Assembly (NCBI GenBank): GCA_037620855.1
Contig: JASJLK010000091.1
Coordinates: forward strand, 13,589-77,588
Reading direction: 5' to 3'
Source: Synechococcus sp. ChBW.bin.23
GTDB taxonomy: Bacteria > Cyanobacteriota > Cyanobacteriia > PCC-6307 > Cyanobiaceae
DNA length: 64,000 bases
Below, in pieces: positions 38,871 to 48,895 of the stretch (position 1 is the first letter of the stretch; every line of letters starts with the position of its first letter). A model generated the notes under the pieces. The model ran no database searches, was not told the DNA's origin, and was given only the letters and a program-made list of their open reading frames with translations. Position numbers and translations under genes: made by a program.

Positions 38871-40156
38871 CCAGCTGATTGTTCCTGTTGCTTCAGGACG
38901 TTACGAGCTCTATTAGCTCGATCGGTTGCTTCTGCCATCACTTTGTCTTTTTCAACAAGTAATTCACCAGGCTGTCCTTCCAACATTGCGGTGTTGAGGG
39001 CGATTCGGCCGCGACCTGGATCTAAATCCGTAATTAATGCTTTGACAGCATCGCCTTGATCAAAAATTTCACGCATCGACCGCATGCTGCCTCCGGTGAT
39101 GGCGGATTGATGCAGGAGTCCGCTGATCCCCCCGAGATCTACGAACAGTCCGTAGGGCTTGATGGCCGCCACATGGCCTTCCACTAGTTGTCCAATCTCT
39201 AGTTCTGAGAACCGAGCGGCAGTGGCTGCTCTCTTCTCAGAAAGGACCAGTTTTCGCGTTTCAGAATTGACCTCAAGGAAGGCCACACCCAAGGTTTTGC
39301 CCACCAACGCTTCATGGTTTTCACCGTCCTGCAATTGGGAACGGGGGATAAAGCCTCGTAATCCTTCTAGATCGCAGGTCACACCACCACGGTTGAAACC
39401 GGTGACTTTGACTTTAGCGACCCTGCCTTCTTTCTCAAGTTGTTTGACCTTGTCCCAGCTCTGACGTAAGGCGAGCGCGCGACAGCTGATGGTGACCATC
39501 CCATCAGCATTTTGTTCACGCGTCACCAAGACTTCAATCTCGAGTCCCTTAGGGAATCTCTCCTTCAGGTTGGTGATCACTCCGAGACCACATTCGTTTT
39601 TGGGCATAAAGCCCGGGGCCTTGCCGCCGATGTCGACATAAACACCATCGCTTTCCATCCCGATCACTGTTCCGGTCACCACTTCCCCTGTGGTGCCCAC
39701 TGGTTCGTTGGCATCGAGGGCGGCAAGAAAAGCACCTTCGTCAAAGTCGAAGTCGTCGACGCTTCGACTGGAGGTTTTGGCAGGACTTGGCTTGGACTTC
39801 GAGGATTTTCCATTCGAATCGGATGGGCCGAGTAGATCGGCCATGCTCATACCGCTGAGCTCGTCGGTCCCAAAGCGAGCCTCGTCGTCGTCAACTGCCG
39901 ATGGCTTAAACGTCGTCGTTGGGGACGTGGGAGGCCTAGCCGTTGTGCTCTGGGCTCTTTGAGCAGCTTGCTCTAACTCAACAGCCCGTGCCATCGCCGC
40001 GTCTGCGGCCGCGCGCGCTTCCTCAGCTTCACGATGGAGGCGGTCCTGTTCGTCTTTGCGGCTGATATGCATGACCTGCAAAGGCTTGCGCGGCGGCTGC
40101 GCTGCCGGGCTTTGTCCCTTGCTGTCTATGGATTGTTGGCTTTCTGATCCCGCCAT
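38867..40156 (-). CDS. Ribosomal protein S1-like protein (three S1 domains, long N-terminal extension)
   Basis: GVYVDIGGK, NRGGV...GFIPRSQL, KPYGLFVDLGG S1 repeats. Confidence 0.9.
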   Translation of the reverse strand: MAGSESQQSIDSKGQSPAAQPPRKPLQVMHISRKDEQDRLHREAEEARAAADAAMARAVELEQAAQRAQSTTARPPTSPTTTFKPSAVDDDEARFGTDELSGMSMADLLGPSDSNGKSSKSKPSPAKTSSRSVDDFDFDEGAFLAALDANEPVGTTGEVVTGTVIGMESDGVYVDIGGKAPGFMPKNECGLGVITNLKERFPKGLEIEVLVTREQNADGMVTISCRALALRQSWDKVKQLEKEGRVAKVKVTGFNRGGVTCDLEGLRGFIPRSQLQDGENHEALVGKTLGVAFLEVNSETRKLVLSEKRAATAARFSELEIGQLVEGHVAAIKPYGLFVDLGGISGLLHQSAITGGSMRSMREIFDQGDAVKALITDLDPGRGRIALNTAMLEGQPGELLVEKDKVMAEATDRANRARNVLKQQEQSAG

Positions 40157-40212
40157 GGGTCTCAATATCCTCGATCAGCCAGTCTGGCAGGAAATGGGAG
40201 GCATGTCGGCTC

Positions 40213-41058
40213 ATGACTGCACAAGCTCACTTGGGTCTTTCGACGACACGGCGCTTGGACAGGTTGAGTTGGCCTGAGGCGGAGAAGGCGTTGCGGGAAT
40301 TCCGTTCCACCGTGGTTTGGCCGATGGGAGCGTTTGAACAACATGGCCCCCATCTCCCACTTGCTACAGACGCTTTGTTCTCTGAGCGGATTCTGTCTTC
40401 TGTGTTGTCACAGCTTTCGCCAAACGCCCCGATTTTGAGCCTTCCCTCACAGTCCATTGGGTTCTCTCCAGAGCATTCAGGATTTCCTGGAACCTTGAGC
40501 TTGTCCTCGGGACTTTTGACTCAGCTGATCATCGAGGTGGGAACGCAGTTGTGTGCCCAAGGGGTGAAGCGCTTGGTGTTGTTCAACGCCCATGGGGGGC
40601 AAATCGGATTGCTGCAGGCTGCGTCTAGGGAATTGCGTGTTCAATCGCCATCGATGGCGATTCTCCCCTGCTTCATGTGGAGTGGTGTTCCTGGTTTGGA
40701 TGCATTCATCCCCGGGGATGAGCTACGAGGCGGGTTGCATGCCGCTCAGGCTGAGACCAGTTTGATGCTTGCTCTCGAGCCGCAGTTGGTGGGTGATGAA
40801 CGGCCTGTTGACGGTGACCATCGCCAGCCCTCCTCTCTCGCCACTCCTCCCCTTGGCTGGAGTCTTGAAGGAGCGGCTCCTACGGCTTGGTTGACGGCTG
40901 ACTTGAGTAGCAGTGGTGTGATCGGTGATTCACGCGCAGCCAGCGTCGAGTGCGGTGAAGCGTTGGAACGCTGCCTGGTGAGCCATTGGGTGAACCTCTT
41001 TGGCAGTTTGTTGGCCAGTGATTGGCCCCCTTCTCAACCTGTTGCAGTTACCAACTGA
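40213..41058 (+). CDS. Creatininase-family metallo-amidohydrolase
   Basis: FEQHGPHLPLATD, NAHGG, HAAQAETS. Confidence 0.88.
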   Translation: MTAQAHLGLSTTRRLDRLSWPEAEKALREFRSTVVWPMGAFEQHGPHLPLATDALFSERILSSVLSQLSPNAPILSLPSQSIGFSPEHSGFPGTLSLSSGLLTQLIIEVGTQLCAQGVKRLVLFNAHGGQIGLLQAASRELRVQSPSMAILPCFMWSGVPGLDAFIPGDELRGGLHAAQAETSLMLALEPQLVGDERPVDGDHRQPSSLATPPLGWSLEGAAPTAWLTADLSSSGVIGDSRAASVECGEALERCLVSHWVNLFGSLLASDWPPSQPVAVTN

Positions 41059-41129
41059 CCCTTTGAGCACGTCCGTTGAGGTGAACACTGGTTACAGTCG
41101 TCAACATTGGTGATAACTGGAAGCGAATC

Positions 41130-41858
41130 ATGTCAACCCTTGACTCCACAGCGGTCGCTGTGCTCGACGATCAGCAGGGTTTGGCAGAGCTACCTGATTT
41201 CACGACTGATGCCTACAAGGATGCCTACAGCCGTATTAACGCCATCGTCATTGAAGGTGAGCAGGAAGCTCACGACAATTACCTTTCACTAGGCACACTG
41301 ATCCCTGATCAGGCGGAAGAACTCGCCAGGCTGGCGAAGATGGAAATGAAGCACATGAAGGGCTTTACCGCCTGTGCAAAAAACCTCGGCGTTGTGGCTG
41401 ACATGCCTTTTGCTAATGAGTTTTTTGCCCCCCTGCATGGCAATTTCCAATCTGCTTTGAAAGAAGGGAAAGTGGTTTCCTGTCTGCTCATTCAGGCATT
41501 GTTGATCGAGGCTTTCGCTATCTCTGCCTATCACATTTATATCCCTGTCGCTGACCCCTTCGCCCGCAAAATCACTGAGGGAGTCGTCAAGGATGAGTAC
41601 ACCCATCTCAACTACGGCCAAGAGTGGTTGAAGGCCAACTTCGAAGCAAGTCGCGATGAGTTGATGGAAGCCAATAAGGCCAATCTTCCGCTCATTCGTT
41701 CAATGCTTGAGCAGGTTGCTGCTGATGCTTCTGTTCTGCACATGGAAAAAGAAGATCTGATCGAAGATTTTCTGATTGCCTATCAGGAAGCCTTGAACGA
41801 GATTGGGTTTAGCTCCCGCGACATTGCTCGTATGGCAGCAGCCGCACTGGCGATCTAA
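41130..41858 (+). CDS. ado: Aldehyde deformylating oxygenase (alkane biosynthesis)
   Basis: [23 protein letters not shown] and DEYTH di-iron motifs. Confidence 0.97.
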   Translation: MSTLDSTAVAVLDDQQGLAELPDFTTDAYKDAYSRINAIVIEGEQEAHDNYLSLGTLIPDQAEELARLAKMEMKHMKGFTACAKNLGVVADMPFANEFFAPLHGNFQSALKEGKVVSCLLIQALLIEAFAISAYHIYIPVADPFARKITEGVVKDEYTHLNYGQEWLKANFEASRDELMEANKANLPLIRSMLEQVAADASVLHMEKEDLIEDFLIAYQEALNEIGFSSRDIARMAAAALAI

Positions 41859-42017
41859 CTGCGGTCACCCCCAATGATGTCGGCTTTGACAGGCGTCAAT
41901 TTCCACCCTGTCCGTTCACCCTGAACCCGACTCGTGCTTAGGTGGATGCGAAATCCATCGCCTGATTCGGTTGATGCGATTCATATCAATACTTTTAAGT
42001 ACGACCGTCGGCAGCAC

Positions 42018-43064
42018 ATGTTTGGTCTGATCGGACATTCCACCAGTTTTGAAGCTGCTAGGCGTAAGGCTTTGGAGCTGGGTTTCGATCACATCGCCGA
42101 GGGTGATCTTGATGTTTGGTGCAGTGCACCGCCTCAGTTGGTAGAGCATCTTGAAGTCACGAGCCTGACAGGCAAAACAATCCAAGGGGCCTATATCGAT
42201 TCCTGCTTTGTGCCAGAGATGCTGAGCCGCTTTAAAACAGCGAGGCGCAAGGTGCTGAACGCCATGGAGTTGGCTCAAAAGAAAGGCATCAACATCACGG
42301 CTCTGGGCGGTTTTACCTCGATTATTTTCGAGAACTTCAACCTTCTGAAGCATCAAACGATTCGCAGTACCACGCTGGAATGGGAGCGGTTTACGACTGG
42401 AAACACCCATACGGCATGGGTCATCAGTCGACAGGTTGAAATCAATGCTCCTTTGCTTGGTATTGACCTCAGTAAGGCTCGGGTTGCTGTGGTGGGAGCA
42501 ACAGGAGATATCGGGAGTGCAGTTTGTCGCTGGTTAACCCAGCGCACTGGAATTAAAGAGCTGCTTATGGTCGCGCGTCAGCAACAGCCTCTAGCAGACT
42601 TACGAGAGGAATTGGGGGGCGGCCGCATCCTCAGCTTGGATGAAGCACTTCCCGAGGCTGACGTTGTGGTTTGGGTCGCAAGCATGCCCCGCACCTTGGA
42701 AATTGATGCGGATCGCTTGCAAAAACCCTGCCTGATGATCGATGGCGGCTACCCCAAAAACCTTGACTCACGTGTGGCTGGACAAGGGGTTCATGTCTTA
42801 AAGGGAGGCATCGTTGAATTCGTATCTGATATCGGCTGGACGATGATGGAGAATGCTGAATGGCAGATGGAGAAGCCTCAGAGGCAAATGTTTGCTTGTT
42901 TTGCAGAAGCCATCCTTCTCGAATTTGAGGCTTGTCATACCAACTTCAGCTGGGGTAGGAACAACATCACCCTTGAGAAGATGGATTTCATTGGCGCTGC
43001 TTCGGTTCGTCACGGTTTCTCAACTCTCAACCTTCAGGGGCAGCTTCAGGCTGCCGCTGCCTGA
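42018..43064 (+). CDS. aar: Long-chain acyl-ACP reductase
   Basis: MFGLIGHS start, [35 protein letters not shown]. Confidence 0.96.
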   Translation: MFGLIGHSTSFEAARRKALELGFDHIAEGDLDVWCSAPPQLVEHLEVTSLTGKTIQGAYIDSCFVPEMLSRFKTARRKVLNAMELAQKKGINITALGGFTSIIFENFNLLKHQTIRSTTLEWERFTTGNTHTAWVISRQVEINAPLLGIDLSKARVAVVGATGDIGSAVCRWLTQRTGIKELLMVARQQQPLADLREELGGGRILSLDEALPEADVVVWVASMPRTLEIDADRLQKPCLMIDGGYPKNLDSRVAGQGVHVLKGGIVEFVSDIGWTMMENAEWQMEKPQRQMFACFAEAILLEFEACHTNFSWGRNNITLEKMDFIGAASVRHGFSTLNLQGQLQAAAA

Positions 43065-43084
43065 CGTTCACAGATCCGGTTTTC

Positions 43085-44074
43085 ATGGCACGTCGCCCCC
43101 TGCTCGAGTTTGAAAAGCCCCTGATTGAGCTTGAACAGCAGATTGAACAGATCCGCCAGTTGGCTAGGGACTCAGAAGTTGATGTCAGCCAGCAGTTGCT
43201 TCAGCTGGAAACACTTGCTGCTCGCAGACGCGAAGAGATTTTTCAAAACCTAAATCCAGCCCAGAAAATTCAGGTTGCTCGCCATCCTCATCGCCCGAGC
43301 ACCCTGGATTTTATTCAGATGTTCTGCGATGACTGGGTTGAGCTTCATGGTGATCGTCGTGGGAACGACGATCAGGCGTTAGTGGGTGGCCTCGGCCGCT
43401 TAGGTGAACACTCAGTGGTGCTTTTGGGCCATCAAAAGGGTCGTGACACCAAGGAAAACGTGGCCCGTAACTTTGGGATGGCAACCCCAGGTGGATATCG
43501 CAAAGCCCTGCGATTAATGGAGCATGCCGATCGTTTTGGTCTGCCGATTCTTACTTTTATCGATACTCCTGGTGCTTATGCGGGTTTGCTGGCCGAAGAG
43601 CAGGGCCAGGGAGAGGCGATCGCCGTCAACCTCCGTGAGATGTTCGGCTTCAAAGTGCCAATTATTGCCACGGTGATTGGTGAAGGCGGATCCGGCGGTG
43701 CACTTGGAATTGGTGTTGCTGACCGGCTGCTGATGTTTGAACACAGCGTTTATACGGTGGCGAGTCCAGAGGCATGCGCCTCGATTCTTTGGCGAGATGC
43801 TGCCAAAGCACCCGAAGCTGCTGCGGCATTGCGAATCACCGGCAAAGACTTACTCAGCCTGGGTGTTGTTGATGAGGTGCTTTCGGAACCGTCTGGCGGA
43901 AACAATTGGGCTCCCCTCGAGGCTGGAGCAACGCTGCGGGAAGCTCTCGAACGGAATCTGTCTGAGCTTTTGGCACTCTCTACCCAAGAATTGCGGGATC
44001 AGCGGTATAGAAAGTTTCGGGCGATGGGCCGCTTCATAGAGCCAACCTCGTCGAATGCCGATCCATCTCCTTAG
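43085..44074 (+). CDS. accA: Acetyl-CoA carboxylase carboxyltransferase alpha
   Basis: [32 protein letters not shown]. Confidence 0.97.
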   Translation: MARRPLLEFEKPLIELEQQIEQIRQLARDSEVDVSQQLLQLETLAARRREEIFQNLNPAQKIQVARHPHRPSTLDFIQMFCDDWVELHGDRRGNDDQALVGGLGRLGEHSVVLLGHQKGRDTKENVARNFGMATPGGYRKALRLMEHADRFGLPILTFIDTPGAYAGLLAEEQGQGEAIAVNLREMFGFKVPIIATVIGEGGSGGALGIGVADRLLMFEHSVYTVASPEACASILWRDAAKAPEAAAALRITGKDLLSLGVVDEVLSEPSGGNNWAPLEAGATLREALERNLSELLALSTQELRDQRYRKFRAMGRFIEPTSSNADPSP

Positions 44075-44098
44075 GATCGACGCGATCGCTGAGGCTAG

Positions 44099-44806
44099 TT
44101 GCCCTCTGTACTAATTACTGGAGCATCGCGCGGCATTGGTCGCAGTGCTGCTTGCGCTTTTGCTGAAGCTGGTTGGGACTTGATTCTCTTGTCACGCAGC
44201 GAAGCCTCTCTCCAATCTCTTGCGATTGAATTGGCATCGACAGGTCAACGCATCGTTTACGAAGCTGTTGATCTCACAAAACCTGAGGAGATTGCTCCAG
44301 GGGTGAAAACATTGCTCAGTCAGGGGCTTACACCTTCTGTACTGATCAATAATGCTGGCGCTGCTTGGACAGGGGGGCTGCTTGAGATGCCCTTGGACAG
44401 CTGGAATTGGTTGATGCAGCTCAACCTCACCAGCGTTTTTCAAATGTGCGCTGAGGTGGTTCCTGCAATGCGCCCTGCAGGAGGACTGGTGATCAATATC
44501 AACAGTCATGCTGCTCGAAATGCTTTCCCGAATTGGGGTGCTTACTGCACGGTGAAGGCAGCCTTAGCAAGCTTTACGCGCTGTCTCGCTGAAGAGGAAA
44601 GGGTGCACGCGATCCGCGCCTGCACGCTCACTCTCGGTGCAGTAGATACACCACTTTGGGATTCGCCAACCGTCCAGAGCACTTTTGATCGGCGTGCCAT
44701 GCTTCAAGCCGAACAGGTTGCTGTTACGCTTCTTCATCTAGCGCAACAGCCGTCCACGCAAATTGTTGAAGACCTTACTTTGATGCCAGCTACTGGTGCC
44801 TTCTGA
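44099..44806 (+). CDS. Short-chain dehydrogenase/reductase
   Basis: TGASRGIG, NNAG, YCTVK (YxxxK). Confidence 0.9.
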   Translation: MPSVLITGASRGIGRSAACAFAEAGWDLILLSRSEASLQSLAIELASTGQRIVYEAVDLTKPEEIAPGVKTLLSQGLTPSVLINNAGAAWTGGLLEMPLDSWNWLMQLNLTSVFQMCAEVVPAMRPAGGLVININSHAARNAFPNWGAYCTVKAALASFTRCLAEEERVHAIRACTLTLGAVDTPLWDSPTVQSTFDRRAMLQAEQVAVTLLHLAQQPSTQIVEDLTLMPATGAF

Positions 44807-44818
44807 AACACCCCTGAC

Positions 44819-45562
44819 ATGACTTCTACTATTCCTGCTATCTCCAACGAGTCTTTGACTTCACTTAACGCTGGAGTCCAACCCGTTTCTCAGAGAATCC
44901 GCCAGCGCCTCGTTGATCAGGGTATTTCTTTCCTGGCCAATGACAATATTGCACCATTCCTCCAAACTGGTGAGCTCGATGAACTCGAGCACGAGGTTGC
45001 CGATCGCGTTAGGGAGCTTCTGCGCAGTCTGGTCATTGATATCGACAATGATCACAACACCGCTGAGACGGCAGAGCGTGTGGCGCGGATGTATCTGCGT
45101 GAGGTGTTTAAGGGCAGGTATAACTATCAACCGAAGGTTGCGAGTTTTCCAAACGTCAAGCAACTTGATGAGATTTATACCGTCGGCCCCATAAGCGTTC
45201 GTTCTGCTTGCTCCCACCACCTCGTTCCAATCATGGGGAACTGTTGGATCGGAATCAAGCCTGGTGAGCGTGTGATTGGTCTCTCTAAGTTCACCCGTGT
45301 GGCTGATTGGGTGTTCTCTAGGCCTCACATCCAAGAGGAGGCGGTCATGATCCTTGCTGATGAAATTGAGCGATTGTGTGCTCCCCAGGGCTTGGGCATC
45401 ATCATCAAAGCTCAGCACTACTGCATGAAATGGAGAGGTGTAAAGGAACCGCAAACCAGCATGGTCAATTCAGTGGTTCGTGGTGATTTCCGCCATGACC
45501 CAAGCCTTAAGCAGGAATTCTTCGAGTTGGTACGGCACCAGGAAGCCATGCTCAGCACCTGA
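44819..45562 (+). CDS. folE: GTP cyclohydrolase I
   Basis: TAERVARMY, SACSHH, GLSKF, QEE, HYCM. Confidence 0.95.
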   Translation: MTSTIPAISNESLTSLNAGVQPVSQRIRQRLVDQGISFLANDNIAPFLQTGELDELEHEVADRVRELLRSLVIDIDNDHNTAETAERVARMYLREVFKGRYNYQPKVASFPNVKQLDEIYTVGPISVRSACSHHLVPIMGNCWIGIKPGERVIGLSKFTRVADWVFSRPHIQEEAVMILADEIERLCAPQGLGIIIKAQHYCMKWRGVKEPQTSMVNSVVRGDFRHDPSLKQEFFELVRHQEAMLST

Positions 45563-45602
45563 TTTTGGGTTTAGTTGGGTGATCAGCGCGATTGTGTTGA
45601 TG

Positions 45603-46100
45603 TTATTGAATCGGACCAATCACATTGCTGTTCACCCGCTTCACGCTTCCATCACTGGTTGCAACAACCATCACGGCCATTACTTTTCCACCTCGATCTG
45701 TTTGGCTGATTCGATAGGTTTCTTCGCTGCGATCAGACACTAATTTCCAATGCCCATCCCCCTGGCGTTGGTACCAGTGAATATGAACGCTGTTGATCTC
45801 GTCTCCCTGCAGATCAAACTTGGCTTTGAGTAGTTTCCCTTCTCTCGCCTCTCCGACCAGGACGAAGTTTTTAAGTCCTTGGATGGTTTGTGTGATCCGC
45901 CCTTCCATCTGGACATCTGTTGAGATCTCTTTGTTGAGAACGTTGATTTGTTTCTCGGGATCAGCCGTTAAACCAGGCACGCATTGCAAGCTCCCGTTTT
46001 CGAGGCGACAACCTGGAAGCATTCCTTGCGCTTGCGTTGCTGCAGGGAAAAGACTGATCCATGAGAGAAGCAATGCAGATGCTGCAGCCCGATAGGCCAT
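45603..46100 (-). CDS. Secreted protein with a single Ig-like domain
   Basis: Signal peptide (TQA-Q), CRLENGSLQC, then G..EG..L...HWY...TY...D.G pattern; start moved to MAYR at 46100. Confidence 0.6.
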   Translation of the reverse strand: MAYRAAASALLLSWISLFPAATQAQGMLPGCRLENGSLQCVPGLTADPEKQINVLNKEISTDVQMEGRITQTIQGLKNFVLVGEAREGKLLKAKFDLQGDEINSVHIHWYQRQGDGHWKLVSDRSEETYRISQTDRGGKVMAVMVVATSDGSVKRVNSNVIGPIQ

Positions 46101-46125
46101 GGAAATGGATCTAATTAAATGCAAC

Positions 46126-46809
46126 TTATTGCCGAAGCGGTTCGTTGTCATGAACGGCTTGAACAAGGGCGCGAACTTTATTGAGATCTTTCACTCCGGG
46201 CTTCGCTTCAAGGCGGCTTGAGGCGTCGAACCCATAGGGCGCAACCAGCTTGAGCAGTTCAGGGATCCATTCGGCGCTGATTCCTCCAGCCAACCACCAG
46301 ACGGTGTTTGGTTTGAGCTGGTCATGCAAGTGGGTGAACCAGCTTGGGTCCAGGCGATGGCCTGTGCCGCCAAGTTGATCAGGGCTCCAGGCATCGAGTA
46401 GTAGGGCGTCGATATGGGATTCAAAGAAGCTCAGTTCACTCAAATCTTGTTCAGTCCGCAGTCTTAATGCTTTCCACCAGCGCACCGTTGGATGCTGCTG
46501 CTTCAGCTGAAGGCAGCGCTCTGGAGTTTCCGATCCATGGAGTTGAACGATGGTTGGTGTGCCATCGCCTTGAAGCGCGCTTTGGATGGCGTGCTCGGAG
46601 GGATCCGCTACAACCCACACACGCTCGACGTCCGGATGCAGCTGTGCCAATTCCGCAAAGATGGCACGTCGGAGCGGCTCGGTGACGAAACGGGGTGTTT
46701 TGTCGACGCCAATCACCCCGATCGCCTGCACTCCCATGGCAGCGATGGAGCAGGCTTGAGAGTGATCGGTGAGCCCACAGATTTTCAGAGCGAGAGCCGC
46801 TTCGGACAT
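46126..46809 (-). CDS. trpF: Phosphoribosylanthranilate isomerase
   Basis: LKICGLT, VQLHGSE, LLLDA, GGTG, LAGG, DASS..E..PGVKD. Confidence 0.95.
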   Translation of the reverse strand: MSEAALALKICGLTDHSQACSIAAMGVQAIGVIGVDKTPRFVTEPLRRAIFAELAQLHPDVERVWVVADPSEHAIQSALQGDGTPTIVQLHGSETPERCLQLKQQHPTVRWWKALRLRTEQDLSELSFFESHIDALLLDAWSPDQLGGTGHRLDPSWFTHLHDQLKPNTVWWLAGGISAEWIPELLKLVAPYGFDASSRLEAKPGVKDLNKVRALVQAVHDNEPLRQ

Positions 46810-46883
46810 TCGATCGAGGAGCTCGAGTGGTTCCTTTCTAGGATTGGACGATCGGGCCGCGGCAGTGCCCAACGGAGGAGCCC

Positions 46884-48149
46884 ATGGGCGATGGCTGGCA
46901 GCTGATGCGGATTCGCGGCATTCCGCTAAGGGTCCACCCGAGCTGGTTCATCATTTTGGTGTTGTTCACCCTTGTTTTTCAGCAAGATGCAGCTCTGCTG
47001 CCAGGTGCATCTGGTTCGCCTGCTTTGAGTTGGTTGTTGGGTTTGGCCACTGCTCTATTGCTGTTCGTTTCGGTGCTGTTGCACGAACTAGGCCATTCCC
47101 TGGTAGCGCTTAGAGAAGGCGTCAAGGTGGTCAGCATCACCCTTTTCCTGCTCGGTGGTGTCGCTCGCGTGGAGCGGGAATGTTCCACGCCGATGGGATC
47201 GTTTCGGGTAGCCGCAGCTGGTCCAGCGGTCAGCTTTCTGCTGGCTGGCTTACTTCTGGCAACTCAGCATGCCGCGGGTCATGCCAATCCCTTGTTTGGC
47301 AATCTTGTGGAAAGGCTTGGCTATCTCAATTTGGTCCTGGCTTTATTCAACCTTCTGCCAGGACTGCCTCTAGATGGAGGCTTAATTCTTAAAGCCTTGG
47401 TTTGGCAATTCACCGGGAGCCAACGCCGAGGGATTCAGGTGGCAACGGCCACGGGGCGGCTTCTTTCACTGACCGCGATCATGCTCGGCGTTTATCTCTT
47501 CCTTCGTGGTGGTGGATTCACTGCCCTTTGGCTTGTGATGTTGGGTTGGTTCGGTATGGGAGCCTCGCGCTCCCAATCTCAGACCCTGGCTCTGCAGAAG
47601 CTCCTGATCAACTTGCATGTAGGCCCTGCTTCCTCCAAGCGTTTTCGGGTGTTGGAAGCCGATCAGAGCTTGCGCAGCCTGAGCCAAATGCGTCTGAGAG
47701 GAGCTGAGTCTGAGAATGATCCCCTGCCCGACTGGGTGCTTGTTTGCCGGTCTGGGCGCTGGCTCGGATACGTCACTGATCAGCCACTTAAGGATCTTTC
47801 TGTTCAGTACTGGGATCGACAGACCGTGGGGGAGCACATGCGACCGCTGGCTGAACTCCCTTCCCTTCAAGAGTCAGCTCCACTTTGGAAAGCCGTCCTT
47901 GCACTTGAGCAAAGTGAACATGGCCGATTGCTTGTGACCGGTGCTGCGGGTCTTCCCTCCGGAACCTTGGATCGCAGTGATGTGGGCGAAGCGGTTTTGA
48001 AGGGGTTGTCCCTCAAATTGCCGGCACCCCTTCTCGAAGCCTCTAGGCGCCGAAATGACTATCCCTTTGGCTTGCCGCTTCTCCAGGCGGTTACGTCCAT
48101 GCGTGCCTCGGGATTGTTGGATGAGACCGCTGAGTCGGTGATCACATAA
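46884..48149 (+). CDS. Site-2 protease (M50) with degenerate CBS-like C-terminus
   Basis: LHELGH (HExxH), AGP, FNLLPGLPLDGG. Confidence 0.92.
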   Translation: MGDGWQLMRIRGIPLRVHPSWFIILVLFTLVFQQDAALLPGASGSPALSWLLGLATALLLFVSVLLHELGHSLVALREGVKVVSITLFLLGGVARVERECSTPMGSFRVAAAGPAVSFLLAGLLLATQHAAGHANPLFGNLVERLGYLNLVLALFNLLPGLPLDGGLILKALVWQFTGSQRRGIQVATATGRLLSLTAIMLGVYLFLRGGGFTALWLVMLGWFGMGASRSQSQTLALQKLLINLHVGPASSKRFRVLEADQSLRSLSQMRLRGAESENDPLPDWVLVCRSGRWLGYVTDQPLKDLSVQYWDRQTVGEHMRPLAELPSLQESAPLWKAVLALEQSEHGRLLVTGAAGLPSGTLDRSDVGEAVLKGLSLKLPAPLLEASRRRNDYPFGLPLLQAVTSMRASGLLDETAESVIT

Positions 48150-48895
48150 TCAGCAGCCCGTTCCGTTACGAGCTGCTGTTCCCGACGGCTGATTGGCGAC
48201 ACACACCAGCGGAGTCCTGGCCAGAGCTCCACAATCGCCTCGGTAAGAGCTGCTTCAACACTGGCAGCAGACGGTGCGACGGGCTGCCAGCAAGGTGGAG
48301 CTGTTGCAAAGACGTCTTCCCAAAGCTGTAGGGGTGGAGTCAAAGGGATTTCACCGTGCTGCAGAAGGTGCCCCCTTTGCCAAAACTGGGCGCTGCCGAT
48401 GCGTTTATGCCCCGAAGGATCCACGAGATCCGCCGTGGTGGCACTGGCGAAGCAATTTTGGCTTCCAGCGAGGGCAGGATCATCCCCTTGATGAAGCTCA
48501 AGGCCAAGTCGCGCTAATCCAGAGGAGATCCAGGCGTTCGCCCGGCGATACGCTTCGCGCTGCTGTCGGGGTGCATGCGGCCAGATCAAGGAGTAGGTCA
48601 GACCTCCGCCATGCAGAACGGCCCCTCCACCGCTAGGGCGTCTGACCATGTTTAAGCGTCCGTTTCGGACCAGATCGAGCCAATGATTGGACCGTGATGT
48701 CTGGTGGCGCCCGAATGACAACCAGGGCCCTTCCCAGAGATAGAAGCGGAGCACGGGGCCAGGGTTGTTTGTGCTTTGGCACTGTTCCAACAACAGGGCG
48801 TCAAACGCCATATGTTCTGGACCTTGGCCGGCGACAGCTGGGATCAGTCGTCCGTGGGTTCCGAACTCAGACCGGCAGGATGCAGGAATCGACAT
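48059..48895 (-). CDS. Lipoate-protein ligase A family protein
   Basis: MAFD, LRFY.W, RRPSGGGAVLH, KRIGSAQ, LQHGEI; start uncertain. Confidence 0.88.
   Translation of the reverse strand: MSIPASCRSEFGTHGRLIPAVAGQGPEHMAFDALLLEQCQSTNNPGPVLRFYLWEGPWLSFGRHQTSRSNHWLDLVRNGRLNMVRRPSGGGAVLHGGGLTYSLIWPHAPRQQREAYRRANAWISSGLARLGLELHQGDDPALAGSQNCFASATTADLVDPSGHKRIGSAQFWQRGHLLQHGEIPLTPPLQLWEDVFATAPPCWQPVAPSAASVEAALTEAIVELWPGLRWCVSPISRREQQLVTERAADYVITDSAVSSNNPEARMDVTAWRSGKPKG

Noticed and set aside
41971-41989. FNR-like box in the ado-aar spacer
   Set aside because: TTGAT and ATCAA are separated by 9 nt rather than the required 4.
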